A stretch of 63,605 nucleotides of DNA, counting the filler, from Bigelowiella natans CCMP2755 (Eukaryota > Protista > Cercozoa): the NCBI GenBank assembly GCA_000320545.1. It is 5 parts of 5 records of this genome, joined end to end, with 100 filler letters (N's around TTAATTAATTAA, not from the genome) between each part and the next. Parts side by side here need not be neighbours in the genome. Positions count along the whole stretch, not along the records: positions 1 to 5,393 come from ADNK01001259.1; positions 5,494 to 32,624 come from ADNK01001822.1; 3 more parts are not named here. One strand, 5' to 3'. This document shows positions 1-13,189 of the stretch, piece after piece. The position numbers were made by a program, and so were the translations under genes. The notes under the pieces are model-generated. The model saw only the letters and a program-made list of their open reading frames with translations, was not told where the DNA came from and did no database searches. The first letter of the stretch is position 1, and every line of letters starts with the position of its first letter.

Positions 1-469
1 TTAAAAATGTATGTGTATGCACGTAAGAAAGATGCTTAAATGTGTGACGAGACTTGCAGAGCCCCCGTAACTCCTTCATGTAGATTTTCTTTTTCCCGTT
101 AAATTCCTTTGGGAGTAGGCCCTGCAGCTTCTTGGGATTGTGAAGAAATAGCAGAAGATTAGACAGCGCGACTTTTGCCATGTGCTCTGTTTCGAAGCCG
201 AATGGCATGTGAATGTCTTTGAACCTACGAGTGTGTGGTCGCTTGTATCCTTTCATCACGCTTTTCAGACTAGGAGCAAAGAGTGGCACGTACTATTTCA
301 TTGCACGACGGGGTTTTGTGGTTGCGAAGGTCATTACGATCAAACACCGCCAGATAGAAATAGAATGAAAAAACGTGCAACATAGCGTATTAGCAGCGCG
401 CATTACTCGGAGGGAATGTCGCCTATGGACGCCATCTTCACTCCACAGAACTGTGCCTTCATGGAAAAT

Positions 470-514
<45 letters not shown>

Positions 515-1001
515 CTGATATGATTGTGTCACAGTGTTACTCAAAAGCAAACACGCGCGATCTTACCCAGTTAAAATCATCCAGGAATTTTAAGCCCTTC
601 GATGTGTCTTGCAGGAGCCCTTGCTGGCTCTGGGAGGTGCTGATACTCTGTTCTTTTCCTCCTTTTTTTCCGCGGTCTCTTCTCTCTATTGTGCAACGAT
701 CCATCAGCCTGCAAGGACAAAGCAGCCATCAATGAGTCACCACAGCAAGAGAAAGAGAATAGAAGCAAGTACTCGGCCAGCTTTTGGAATTCGTCCTTCT
801 TCGATTTATTATTTGCGATGAGATTCACACTGTGGTATTATAAATTTTGGTTTATTGGCACTCGTGAGTGAGGATGGCAGCAGAGATTTCGTGCACATGG
901 TACCTCTTCAGCTGATTTTCAAGCCGAAAGTGAATCTTGGAGAGGTCTGGCATCTTCGAATGGAAGTGACCCATCTCCAGATCATTGTCACCGGATGCCA
1001 T
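1..1001 (-). CDS. Hypothetical multi-exon protein, 5' part; runs off the left edge
   Basis: ATG at 1001 opens MASGDNDLEMGHFHSKMPDLSKIHFRLENQLKR followed by a GT donor. Further short AG/GT-bounded open segments lie downstream (e.g. LLQDTSKGLKFLDDFNW, KLQGLLPKEFNGKKKIYMKELRGLCKSRHTFKHLSY). No family recognised. Confidence 0.4.
473..512. repeat. (TG)n microsatellite, probably intronic
   Basis: Directly visible. Confidence 0.95.
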
Positions 1002-1600
1002 GGCTCCTCCTTCCGCCACCCGCCTTCTCGGCAGATAGCACCCCCGTCCTCCCGTCCTCCCGTCCTCCAGACGGTTACAAGTAGTGTTTCCGGTCGTAAC
1101 TCCAGCAGGGGGGAGGTTTAAATTTGTACCGGTGAGACAAACAAACACGCGGTTTTTATGATAAACCAAACGTATATACCTTGTCGCAGGATAGAATTCC
1201 TCGAAAGCTTTTGTTAGATGCAGTAGATGCCCAATTTTCGCCAAAAATATGCTACTGTTCGCCACGAATGGTGAGGGAGATACACTTGTCGCATGTGATG
1301 AACAGGACCGATTTCTACGTATATCTATGCATTTGGTGGGTGATCAGTTCGAAATGCTTCCGCAAAAAAGTGACGTTATCCAGAGGACGCACTTGGTCAA
1401 ACGCCATTGTTTCTTGAGTTGCGACATCCCACAAAGACGAAAATTCCAACCCGAAGGTTTAGGATTTTTCGCTGCGACAGACTCCCGATGAAGTCGCAGG
1501 GCCTAGACCACCTCCCAATGCTTTGGATGTCAGAAACGCAGAAATTTCTACGAATCTGCTTTCACTGAGCACTGAGAAGTTCTCCGGTTCACTTTTCAAC

Positions 1601-2940
1601 ATGTCAACCAGCACCAGCAACACCAGTGCCAGCAGCGAGGCCAAGAAGATGAGGAAGAAGCTCGACGTCGAGTCCCCCGATGACGAGGAGTTTGGAGGTA
1701 GTGGATACTGTATCTATGAGCGTCGCACAAGCAAACGTTAATCCGTATCTTCTTTTCAGACTCGAGCGAGCTCAAATTCACGCATGTTGACGATTCAGAT
1801 CTTGCTGCAAGATCAATAACATACATCGCTATCGGTCTCATGTCAGTCTTTGCTCTCACTTTGCTGACCGCAATAAGTGGGTCTAACCTCGGGGCGAAGC
1901 TGTCGATCGGGCTCGCTGTTTTGCTCCTCATCCTCCTATTTAGCTATGGCTCGCCATTTCGCATGGTTTTTGTCCCAACTAACTCCGTGTGCGTTATGGA
2001 GAAGTTCGGTCGATATTCGCGACTCCTTCCGGCCGGTGTGCACGTGTTGTATTCCTTCGAGAAGCCACGCTCGGTAACTTGGACATATCACACTGAGAAT
2101 CCGCAGAGGACGACGTCGCTGAAGAAGCGCAAGCTGCACTCCATTTCGCTAGCAGAGCAGATGTACGACTTTCCGGCCTTCAACATGCTCACGAAGGATG
2201 GCGTTAACGTGAAGGTGGATCCCGTCATGTACTTCAAGATCTCCAATGTAAGCAAGGCAGTTTACAATGTCGTCGACCTGACCGCCAGCATGGAGCAGAT
2301 TGTTGAAACCTCGCTCAGAGCCATCTTGAGCCGGATGAGCTTTGCTGAGGCGGAGGGCGGCGGATTTGAGAAGCACATATCCAGCGATGTGGTGCGCAAC
2401 CTTTCGCAAATAATGCGTCAGTGGGGCGTCACGATCACCAGGCTGCAGATCCAACAGTTCATGCCTCCAAGAGATATCCTCGAGATGAGGCACAATCGCC
2501 TCCTCGCAGCCCAGGAGAGAGACATTGCCATCAAGAAGGCACAGAACGAACTTGAGTGCGCCCGTCTAGCAGCAGAACGCTTGACTTTAGAGAAGAAGGC
2601 CGAGGCAGATGCGAAGGCCGTCGCGATCAACATCACGGCCGTAGCAGATGCAAAGCGCCAAGAGGTGATTTCCAAAGCCCAAGCTGGAGCTGTGGCGCGC
2701 TTGGCGGAGTCTTTCGGGGGAGAAATGAAAGTAGATCCTGAAATGGTGCTCAAGTTCATGAACCAGGATCGTTACATCGCCGCGCTCCCCACAATGATTG
2801 GGGACCAGTCCAAAGATCGAAAGCTAGTAGTACTACCGTACGACGCCTCGCAAATGACTTCTTCTTTGATGTCAACGCAGCTCGCGATGGGACTCGGCGG
2901 TGGTGGTAGAAGCAATTCATGGGAGCGTGTAGGGAGATAG
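1601..2940 (+). CDS. SPFH/band-7 (stomatin/paraslipin-like) membrane protein; exons 1601-1697 and 1760-2940
   Basis: Hydrophobic segment, then VMEKFGRYSRLLPAGVH, TKDGVNVKVDPVMYFKI, AVYNVVD, QWGVTITRLQIQ and an Ala/Glu-rich coiled coil. The GT..AG intron 1698-1759 joins the upstream MSTSTSN exon in frame. Confidence 0.85.
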
Positions 2941-3593
2941 GTCCGTTGAGTAAGCGTGATGTGCTTCGGGAGGCGCGCGATAGGATGTGCGTATCAATTG
3001 CTAGCTCCTGGCGGTGCAGCACTTCATCATCTGTTATATATTTACCAATGTTCGAAACGCATATTCATTAACATGAAATGAACTGTGCTCTGGAGCAATT
3101 ACAATGAAATACGCATGTATGGCTGCACACAGCGGTGCAGAATGCTGTGCTGCGCCATTTGACCACCAGGATAGTAATCCTTCATTGCGAAATGTTTTGT
3201 AGCGCTGCGAATTTACGTGCTCCGATCGATGCAATGTCCACACGTACAGATCGTCATTTATAGTCTTAGATGAAGTTAATCACACACCCAATCCTATAAG
3301 TTAGCGTAGCTATAGCCCATATCTTCATGTGATTTTCACATTGAAATTGTTGCGCATGTCTGACCTATTTTGAGCTTGCAGTAATAATATGCGCGGCATC
3401 ATTGTGTACGTGTTATATTTTTCATCGCTAATAACACAGCAAACCGCATGAGCTGGCACAACTTGCGGGTGGATAAGATGTAACATAGCTGATTCCACCA
3501 AATAAATATTCAACTTTGAAGCCGCTTCGGCTTTCATGTGCATGCTATATAATAGCTTGCACGCCAATTGAAAACCGACACATGTAAGGATCA

Positions 3594-4316
3594 TCAACAG
3601 GCGCCAGCAGATCGGCCTTTTTGAGGCTGCTCCTTTTTACTTTCTTCCGATATTCCCTCCTGCCGCAGTTGGTTGATCACACTGTTCTTTGACTCCAGCA
3701 AGAGCGACCCCACAGCCCAGCCGAGGAGCGGAATGGATCTGAGAGTCGAAAGGCCTTTGTGTTCGTACATCGGCTCATTTAACAGGTCAGCCGTTGATTC
3801 AAACCGCTTCTCCTCGCTGCGTGCCATTCGCTTGGAGTCAAAGTATTGGGAAAACGCGTCGGACTGTCCGTCCCAGTCACAGGTTCCTTGCGCGTGGATA
3901 CCATATCCAAACTCCCTCCCCTCACGCTCTAGCCGCAGCTTAGCCGCATTGAACAGCTCCGGGTCGACGATGAACGAGTCCACACGGCACGATCTCCCTT
4001 CAACGGTCACCTCAACGAAGGTATGATGCAGGGTGTCGGGAAAGGCGCCGTAACCGTGGAGCACATTGTTGGGAATCTTTACGCCGACGACCCTTGCGTC
4101 CGGAAATCCGGCGCTACGCAGCAGCTGGGAGAACAGCTCGGATTTTGGCGTGCAATGCCCGACCCGTCGCTTGAGCGTAAAGTCGGCGTCCGCGCCGTCG
4201 AATTTCCATGTAAATCCGAACGGAATCTCGCGGACGTAGTCGTGTATTGCCACGGCTCGCTCCCGGAGGCTCTTGTGCCGCGAGGCAAACTGTCTGGCTA
4301 TCTCCTTGAATGACAT
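3594..4316 (-). CDS. Transglutaminase-like (Cys-His-Asp) superfamily protein, intronless
   Basis: AVAIHDYVREIPFGF, GHCTPKSELFSQLLRSAG (catalytic Cys), HTFVEV (His), RVDSF (Asp). Likely start is MSFKEIARQF at 4316. Confidence 0.8.
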   Translation of the reverse strand: MSFKEIARQFASRHKSLRERAVAIHDYVREIPFGFTWKFDGADADFTLKRRVGHCTPKSELFSQLLRSAGFPDARVVGVKIPNNVLHGYGAFPDTLHHTFVEVTVEGRSCRVDSFIVDPELFNAAKLRLEREGREFGYGIHAQGTCDWDGQSDAFSQYFDSKRMARSEEKRFESTADLLNEPMYEHKGLSTLRSIPLLGWAVGSLLLESKNSVINQLRQEGISEESKKEQPQKGRSAGAC

Positions 4317-5028
4317 TGTCGTCGTCGACGACGACGACGAGAGCAATGGCGGGCTTCTTGAGGAAATGCACGCTGACGACACAGGTACTGACGGTGGCGA
4401 CGACGGTGTGCCCAGCTCTCCAGCTAACACGGCGATGAGTTTGAGGATAAGGAAGGGGGAGAGGGTGATGGTCGCTCTGATGAAAAATGATGGCGAAGCC
4501 GTGCTCTCATGTGGGAGAAGAGGATGTCCATCCTCGCTTTCGCATGAAATCGGTCCTATTTTACCCGAAAAACAACGAAATCCAAGCAATCCTATCGTAA
4601 AACCCCCGGCGTTCTAGCCCCTGGTAGTCGTCCAAATATCGGCCCGAATGAATGGATTCGCATGAAGAGTTCGAAAACACTTGCTGTTTCGAGAGAGCGA
4701 CTTAGAATTTCCAAAGGATTTCAGGATTTCTGCCGCGGTTCATGCAATTTAGTTTTCGGTCACGTGGCATGTCCACTCGGGGCTTGGAGCAGAAGTGGGC
4801 AACAAATCAAGGCCGATTTGACTGAGGACCTTTTCAGGAGAGGACTCGGATTTCGGAGAGTGAAGAACAGTGGTTACTTAATTTCCAAATCATCTATTGA
4901 GTTGTATCGATATATTCGGTGTAAATATATTTCCATATTATCTCGGTCGAATTCTACCCGAAAACCTCGTAAGAACAGAGGGACACGAGGACAGCCGCTG
5001 CCCCCCTGTGTGAGCCGACCCGGCGACG

Positions 5029-5196
5029 ATGCAGAGCACCTCTCCTAGGAGGGGGCTGGCATCCACGTTCACCCTGTGCACCGCACTTGGAATTATCTTC
5101 GGGGCGGTGTTTTTGGTGGCTGGCTCAACAAGAGCCAGCCCTGGAGGGGGGAGGGAGATACCAGGTGTGTGTCGGATTTGTGTATGTGTGTGTGTG

Positions 5197-5236
<40 letters not shown>

Positions 5237-5350
5237 AGTGTAACGTCAATCGTGCACTATTCAAACAGCAACAATCATCCATCCTCTTTCCATAGGTGAG
5301 CAGCCTCGATGGGCCAGCTCCATGCGCTATCCCTCGGAAACGCATTAAGG
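5029..5350 (+). CDS. Possible first exon(s) of a signal-peptide-bearing gene, truncated by the gap
   Basis: MQSTSPRRGLASTFTLCTALGIIFGAVFLVAGSTRA is followed by a GT-starting (TG)n-rich intron-like segment. The downstream frame is unresolved. Confidence 0.3.
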
Positions 5351-5393
5351 TGATATGCAGCTCAGCATACTGGATAAACTTTATTCCCCCTAA

Positions 5394-5493
5394 NNNNNNN
5401 NNNNNNNNNNNNNNNNNNNNNNNNNNNNNNNNNNNNNTTAATTAATTAANNNNNNNNNNNNNNNNNNNNNNNNNNNNNNNNNNNNNNNNNNNN
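5394..5493. other. Assembly gap linker (N44-TTAATTAATTAA-N44)
   Basis: 100-bp artificial spacer with stops in all six frames. Confidence 0.98.
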
Positions 5494-5508
5494 ATGCGAC
5501 ATTATGAA

Positions 5509-5611
<103 letters not shown>

Positions 5612-5672
5612 AATGTGTATAATATGTGTGTGGTATTATATAATTCAGTTAATAGTCCTTGTTTGTATCTAG

Positions 5673-6509
5673 ATTGGCTATCTGACAAAAGGCGCGACGT
5701 CAGGTTTGAATTGGACCGACTTCTGAAGGAAGACAACAAAAATGCAAAGTGCACTAATCTTGCCGTAGGTAATATTCAGTTGGTACAAAGTTTCGACTAA
5801 AATTGATGGTTTTGGGGATTGGAATCATTCAGACGAGTCCACAATCTACAATGTACTCTATGGAATCCAACCTAATCGTGGCTACGTGAGGTTGAAGAAA
5901 CAATTTTATCATTAATCCTCTAAACTCCCTTATCGCCTACACTTACGATCTGGAAAGGTCTCGTGCTTGGAACAAATTGGAACCGTATCCTGTTGATAAG
6001 TACGTTGCATTCAATGGGGTGTAAATTATCAACTGAGCATATTCTGCCTTAGTGCTGGATTTGTAAGGCCTTTGTACCTGGTACGCAACCTCAAAGATCC
6101 TACCCACGTGATCCTCTCCATTGGTACGTAATGTTTGGATCGAAAACGTGCAATAAATAATCTGCTATCAACAAAAGGTGGAAACGATGCGCGAGCCGCT
6201 TTCGCGTCGTCTTTCAACTTGGAAGGAATTTATAAGCGGATGATGGATCAAGGGATTATTGATGTAGATGCTGAAACTTGTGTTAGTATTTCCTTTGATC
6301 CGACGTCTTGAAAATCTTGTCCCCCCTTCTCCCAATATTTGTTCTTGCGCTTGCATACATGAAGGGATTCGAGAGACTGGTCACCGAGGTGACCAAAGTT
6401 GTCCCAAATATCATCTTGGTAAAGCTTAACCCTATCCAGCTCTAATTCTCAGAAATTATATCAAATGTGCTAGTCTGTGCTTGTCTACTTGTCTGATTGT
6501 CAGAATCTG

Positions 6510-6583
<74 letters not shown>

Positions 6584-7526
6584 GTGGTATATTAGGTGAT
6601 TGTCTACCACCCTTTAGTCACAAGTTGTCCAATATTTCACATGTAAAACTCACTCGTTAAGTTGTTATTTCCTTATTGACTCTAAAAATCATTGACAGCG
6701 AATGCCCATTTGTTCATGCAAATGTGCATTAATTCTCACTACAAATTCCGGATTGATTTAACTTAGGCTACCAAAAGCCTCTGTGATCACAGAATTAATA
6801 GTCAGGTTTACTCTTGCTAAAATGCCGCTTTGAAATCAAGTTTCTAATCCTACTCTGATACAGAGTTGTCTGTGCACAGATTCACACCAATGTTCCTCGA
6901 TATTGCTAAGGTGTAGCTTGTTCACTCATTCATGACAAATATAGAGAGGGGAGAAGTAGGATTAAGTTTCCACTATATAATACTATGAACTCAAATGTCA
7001 GAAATTCAAACTTCCTGTAATTGATCTGGCAAGAACTTTCAATCCACACGACTCTAGAGATTACGGCAGTACACCCATCGAGCCCTCGAACAGGTGATAA
7101 AATCGAATTTCTGATCATTACAAGAATACCCTGATCCGTTTCTTCACTGTAGGAGTGGTCTGTATATCGCTGAGATGGCTCGACATATCATCCGCACGTT
7201 TCAGTTCGGAAAAGAAGATGGTATCTCTCAAGCCGTCCAATATAGTGATATTGTGTGACCCATTTGTATTTAATCGCAAGCAAAAATTTACACTGGACTG
7301 GTTTCTGATCCTGATGGAGATGAAAGCAACTGGAGACCACTGAAGGCGGAGGTTATCGATGAAAGCTTCAAGGTGGATTGGGAACAACAATTTTGCTAAA
7401 TTGTTCATCGATGACGAGAGTCTTCACACAATTGAAGTGTATTTGAAATTATTTCATAAGGATCTTGAGAAGTATCGTACGAGCTTAAATAAGCATATGG
7501 AAGATGGAAGGTGTCATAGTTTTTAG
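5673..7526 (+). CDS. SGNH/GDSL-type hydrolase, about 13 short exons, 5' end missing
   Basis: Spliced reading gives CTNLAV|[12 protein letters not shown]|GNDARAAF (SGNH block III), [36 protein letters not shown]|RSGLYIAEM (block V-like), ending GRCHSF* at 7526. Not in the ORF track. Confidence 0.7.
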
Positions 7527-8946
7527 TAGCCCTTATTATCACAGAAAAAATTACCGAAACAAGCATTCATTATTTCGTCTGGAACTGATATTGTTCCTTT
7601 TATCATACGATTTTCAAGCACACTCTATCAAATATTAGGTCAAAGGTTAAGAGTGCATGCGTCATAAGCTAAGGTCTCTACTGTACTAATTTTGCCTTCA
7701 CCTGCCTTGATCTTTTTGTCAAAGAATTGCATTGTTTGCAACTGACACCAACGTTACTTGCCAACCGCGTATGTGTTGGTGCCAATAGTTCGTTTTGTCA
7801 GCTGCGTTTATGCTTGTCAACACTGCATTCTAATATTACGAGGCAGCGGCGGAAAATTAACGCTTGGCAAATCGAACCGCAGCACTGCTTACTTATGCAT
7901 GCGCAGCAAACTGACGTCAGAGTTTACCAGTCCATGTCACAAGCTTCTGTCGTGCCCACCCCTACGTTATCAATTATAATGTTGACACAGCTTCTTTATC
8001 TTGTAATTTAGGAGCACCTCAGGCTGTTTCATTGCCGGGAAATTTCGCAGCTGGAACATGTGCTTATTGTTATCAAGATACCTACATTGATGAGCGCCTA
8101 TGCACCGTGTCCATTCTTGTGCGCCTCCATTTATTTGCTTAGTATGTGTCAAGCGCATGATGTCGGAATGCTAGAACGACAGATCTAGAGATGATTTTTG
8201 TGTCATCTGATCTGCTAGATTAAGAAGTACTCGCTCTATACGTCTTCCCGTAGCCATTTCGATCGTAGCTAGCATTGATCGGCGGCTGTGCTTAGCAACT
8301 CAGTAACATGCTTTGACAACGCCACTGCTGTAACTATGTAACATGACTCGACGTACGACACGTGCGACATGCATGCACGGACCATGCGCATGAAAATTTC
8401 ATGAGCGACAAAATCTGATATAGCAATATAGTCATTCAGGTTTTCACAGCTCAAAAAATGCATATTTCACAGCACTAATAAAGCAAATTGAATCTGCCTC
8501 AGTCACTGTTGAGTCCTTGTTTTTCGAGGAATGAAAGACTGTGTAAAGACCAGCGTGGCCTAGCTCAAAATTGTGCTTGCTATTATGTCCTCGCCGGCGC
8601 TGGCGCTGTAGTGTCTTGTATGTCGCGCAACTGCATGTACGGACACGTGTTGTGCGTATCACTATACACACATGCATATGTGTGCTGGCATCGCCATTGT
8701 GAACATACACGAATATGTGTTTATTTGGACACATTCGCCAAAATCGCTCAACGCCCAGCTGATGCCCAGTATCAAAAAGCATGGCGCTCGCATTGTTTGG
8801 TAATTTCAGTTTTTATTGTTACAAATGGGTCGACAAAACGTTACAATTCAAATGTCAAAATACTAAAATTTCACTTTGTTCTGCTTGCGCTTATGATTCT
8901 AACATGGAAATTGATGCTGAAGACCGCGATGCCGAGTTGTAATGGA

Positions 8947-9466
8947 TTAGAAGGTGCGAAGAGGAGGAGAAACTAATACGACTGTATCTCCACGTACGAA
9001 TAATAACTCTACTGTCCTTTTCTCTACTCTCACATTTTCTTCATATGTTTCTTCATCTATGTCTATGATGGTTATCTCTTCCGTGACCTTCCCCAGCACC
9101 ATATTCAAGTGTGTATCGTATGCCTAATGCAAAAACCACGTTAAACGACCACAAACAACTTTTTTCTTTCATGTGCAGATTATGAGCAAAGCTAAATGTT
9201 TTCAATTTTATTGTATAATGACAGTTCCTTTACTAGCTTTCGTAATAAATCTCAGAGCATAAATAAGGGATGAATGAAGCTCTTTCCCCATCTCCTGGTA
9301 AGAAAGGGACTCGCAAAACAGGTTAAGCATAATTACGTACATGTAAGCGGCCTCTCAGAACTCGCCCGCCTCTGCATTTCACGAAAATGCGCTCGTCAAG
9401 CGAGAGTTTAATGAGATCCAGTGGCTCCTCGACTGTTTGCGAAGCACTAATCTTAGCTTCGGACAT
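8947..9466 (-). CDS. LSM3: U6 snRNA-associated Sm-like protein LSm3; exons 9466-9341 and 9123-8947
   Basis: [31 protein letters not shown]|[11 protein letters not shown]...DEETYEE...[16 protein letters not shown], with a GT-AG intron. Not in the ORF track. Confidence 0.95.
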
Positions 9467-9695
9467 CTTGCCTATCTTGGGGGCCGCGAATGCGTGCAGG
9501 ATTGAGAGCTTATGTTTTTGCTCCTACGACATGAATAATACTGTAAAACAGCATAAAACACCCCCATTTTACATTCCCAACAGAAATCCTTGTTAGCTGG
9601 TGTCGTAATTGGAATCAGCAGGTGATTTTGAACGAAGCGATGAAATAAAAAATCGGAGTTTGAATTCGAATTTGGACAGCTGCTACAGAGACATA

Positions 9696-9747
<52 letters not shown>

Positions 9748-9843
9748 GAGAAAGAGAGTCAGAGTGACGTAGGGGAACAGAGAAAATCCATCACAGTGGA
9801 TTCTATCAGTAACACTCCGAGGTTTCCAAATTGAAGCTACACG

Positions 9844-12649
9844 ATGGCTCCCGCGTCGCTGTTTTTCCTTGCGGTTGGGATCATTTGGCGAGCGAACTGC
9901 GCCTTGACTGATGCAAACGATACTGCCGTTTTAGCCAATAGCACATTGGCAAGTGTAAAGGTAATTTACCCTTTCCTTCACAAATTTCTATCTAGAATTG
10001 CAAGGTTGAAAAAATTAACTCGGTTTGTTTATGTGTACAGATTGCCGAAAAATCACACTCAAAATCGTCTAATCTAAGCTTGAATGATTCAATGGCTGCC
10101 CCGTCTTCCTTTCTTGAACAAGTACCTGATATAGTATACAAAATAATCAGAAATTTAGTGTCAATATAAAAGTAATAATGTATTTAATTATGATTTCACA
10201 TCCACAAATTTAGCCTCATCAATAACCTGCGCGTTTTGTGTCTAATTGATGTAAGATGTGCTCAAATTCCACAAAAAGTATTGTCGAGAAGTCTAATTAA
10301 GTGATCTTAAACAACAGTCGCTATATCACCGACATCGACGGAAAAGTAGCAACGGTGGGCAAAACATTATCGGCAATGAGGGTGGTGGGAAAACCAGAAA
10401 CCGGCATTCTCCGCGTTCTACATCATGGGTAGCATCGCATCAGGAGCGGGAAAATGCAATGGAGAGTACACACGGCAAACACAGATCATGGAAGCAGCGG
10501 GAGTACTCTGGATCTGATCTTCAGTACAGGGGACCTCGACAACCACAGGAAGATAGTCAAACAGTGAACCTCCGTACCTCGACGAGATTCATGGTACAAA
10601 CAAGAGTTTCCTTTAACTTCATCTTATTATTTTGTAGAGACACGAAATATGAAAACCGAAAATAATATACTCAGTGAGAAATATTAGTATTCTCGAGTAC
10701 ACATTTGTTACTAAATTGTAAATTAACATACTCACGAAATAGAATTTAGTCTATCTCCCGACTCCACCTCATTACACTCTTTCGTTGCTTCTCTTCTGTT
10801 GCATAAGGACAAACAATCGCAGGAAAAGAGCGACTTGAACAAGCTTCTACTTGAAGACAAGAACAAAGACACAATCTCCACGGACGATTTCATCAGGGAC
10901 CCCGCTAATTTCCGTCTTCCTTCACTTCCAGATATACCCAATCATGATGCTAATCCAGCAGCAGCATCTTCGGCAGTTAACATTCCTTCAATGCCAGAAG
11001 CTGCATCGACCACAAGTCAGAAATTCTCGACAAGCCTGAAACCGATAAAGGAGATCGCCTCACCCCTTGAGGACAGAGAAGCCAAGGTCATATACCGTAA
11101 CATAAGGAGAAGAAGAAGAATATATTGGGAAAACTATAAACATACTGGTTGTTTTGGGGAGGATGGGAACATCGTGGGACAATTATAGGTCATGGTCATT
11201 GCGAACAATATGTGAGGGGTTGAGATTCATTCTACTACTATCCATGAATTGGGCAGGTACACTTTGTAAAGCCAGGATCTCTATCCAATCACGGGAGTAA
11301 GCTCGAAAATGAAGAAGGATCTTCAAGAGAAACTTCGCCTTCATTTCGTGGAAAATTGAGGTTGCATTCTAAGCATCACCGACGCAGTAGTACAGATCAC
11401 AGCCGAGAAAAGGACAGTGAGACCGAAAATGAGGGATATGACGAGGAGGAGGAGGAAGAGGAGGAGGAGACAAGTGGAACAGAAGAGCTAGAATCAGACA
11501 GATATGCAAGGCAACATACTTCAAGCTTGAATAGGTCAAATCATACCGATAAGACGTAGATTTAACACACATTAACGCTTCCCCAATTGGGTAGCTAAGA
11601 GAAAATGCAATCATATCTTATGCATCAGTATCTTCTTTTTTGAAGTGTCTCCTTTGTTAATGTTTTGAACGTTCGCTATCGAGCAGACGTGGAAGATCAA
11701 AAAATATGGACATGGGGAGGAACGGGGGCGAGCAACGAGATAATGCGGGCACTTCCTTTCAACAATCTCAACATGGTCACCATAGCAGCCAAGATACAGT
11801 GAATCACCATAATCGAAGAACGTCAAAACAGCCAGAACGTCAAAGTGAACCAGCAACTCGCAGGAACCATCACACTCCATCGAAACACCGACAAAGTTAT
11901 GCTGCTGCTGAGAATAATTATGATCGTGACGAAGACGACGATGAAGAGGATGCAGAAGAAGGCGAGGAGGGAGGACCGAATGACATGCGACTCGAGTCGA
12001 TGCCGTCGATGCCTTACTATGACATTAACCAGCCTCTTGGCCTACCAGGAGGCCCCCCCTACATTGCCAATCCCCTCTCCGGTGTTCCAATGTCACCTGG
12101 TTCAAACCCAGCAATGGCGGGTTCACATCGAAGAGTGGCTAGAAATAGGGCAGCAGGAGCATATTCTGTAATAGAAATAATAATGATAATAATAATAGTA
12201 ATAATAATACGAGTTGCACAACAGTAACGGTAGAATAGTTCGGTAGACATTATGGTGAGTGATGAAATAAATAGGCTCGCGTACCAGAATTAACTATTAG
12301 AAAATGACTATACGTATATGTTTATAGGCGTGTGTGATTATGGATTCGAGTCTATTGTCAGTAGGATCATCATGCATTTTCTTACACTTTTTAGGCTTCG
12401 GCAACTGGATATGGAAATTCGAGATATGCTTCACGAACTGGAATGAACACGTACTCGCCTGAGAGTATCATGGGAAGTACTGGTGGTGGATATGCGCCAA
12501 GGTTTTCAAATCCCAGCTCCGCCTACCAACCCGCTAGATCCTATGGTAAGATTCTACCTGTGATTTATCAGATTCTATTTAGCTTTCTAGAATTTAGTCC
12601 AGAAAAACCGTATATATCTAGTGCACTCACGCACATACACACACATACA

Positions 12650-12727
<78 letters not shown>

Positions 12728-13164
12728 TAATATTTACACATATACATGTACATATATTTTATATACATTAGATTAAATTATATGTGAAGTTTTGAAATGT
12801 GAAAGCATTTATGTAACCAATCTTTTTGATTTGAAGTTACTTTTGACTCGTTGAACAGGTGTTGGGAATTCATACTATCAAGGAATTGGAAGGTCCAGTT
12901 TTTATTGCTCTTTGAACTCAGATCTAGCCAAAGCTAAATAGGCAGTTTGTATCGATTTACGATCTCGTTTTTCTTAAGGCTTTGCTATGAATTTGACAAT
13001 ATTTGTTATTTAGTTTTGGTGGTGGATCAAATTCGCGTAACTGGAGAGAGACAGGGTTTTACCCCGGCACTGCTTCTGCAACTCCAGCTTGGGGCGTTCC
13101 TCACTCGCAAGTTCCAACTTCTCCAGTCGGTGGCTACGATGACTTTGATGACGATTACTTGTAA
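9844..13164 (+). CDS. Multi-exon secreted low-complexity protein (His/Ser/Glu-rich, Gly/Tyr/Pro-rich C-terminus), function unknown
   Basis: Signal peptide MAPASLFFLAVGIIWRANCA. Exon-like ORFs at 10742-11087, 11257-11555, 11686-12168 and 12395-12546. Terminal segment ...SPVGGYDDFDDDYL* at 13164. Exon joins are approximate. Confidence 0.55.
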
Positions 13165-13189
13165 ATTTGAAGAGCAGGCATAAGAGTAC

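Noticed and set aside
5394-5493. TTAATTAATTAA inside N runs (also at 32625, 58936 and 62091)
   Set aside because: Artificial six-frame-stop scaffold linker, not biology.
6930-7408. Minus-strand ORFs suggesting a retroelement relic
   Set aside because: Explained as antisense to the spliced SGNH hydrolase exons. No reverse-transcriptase motifs.
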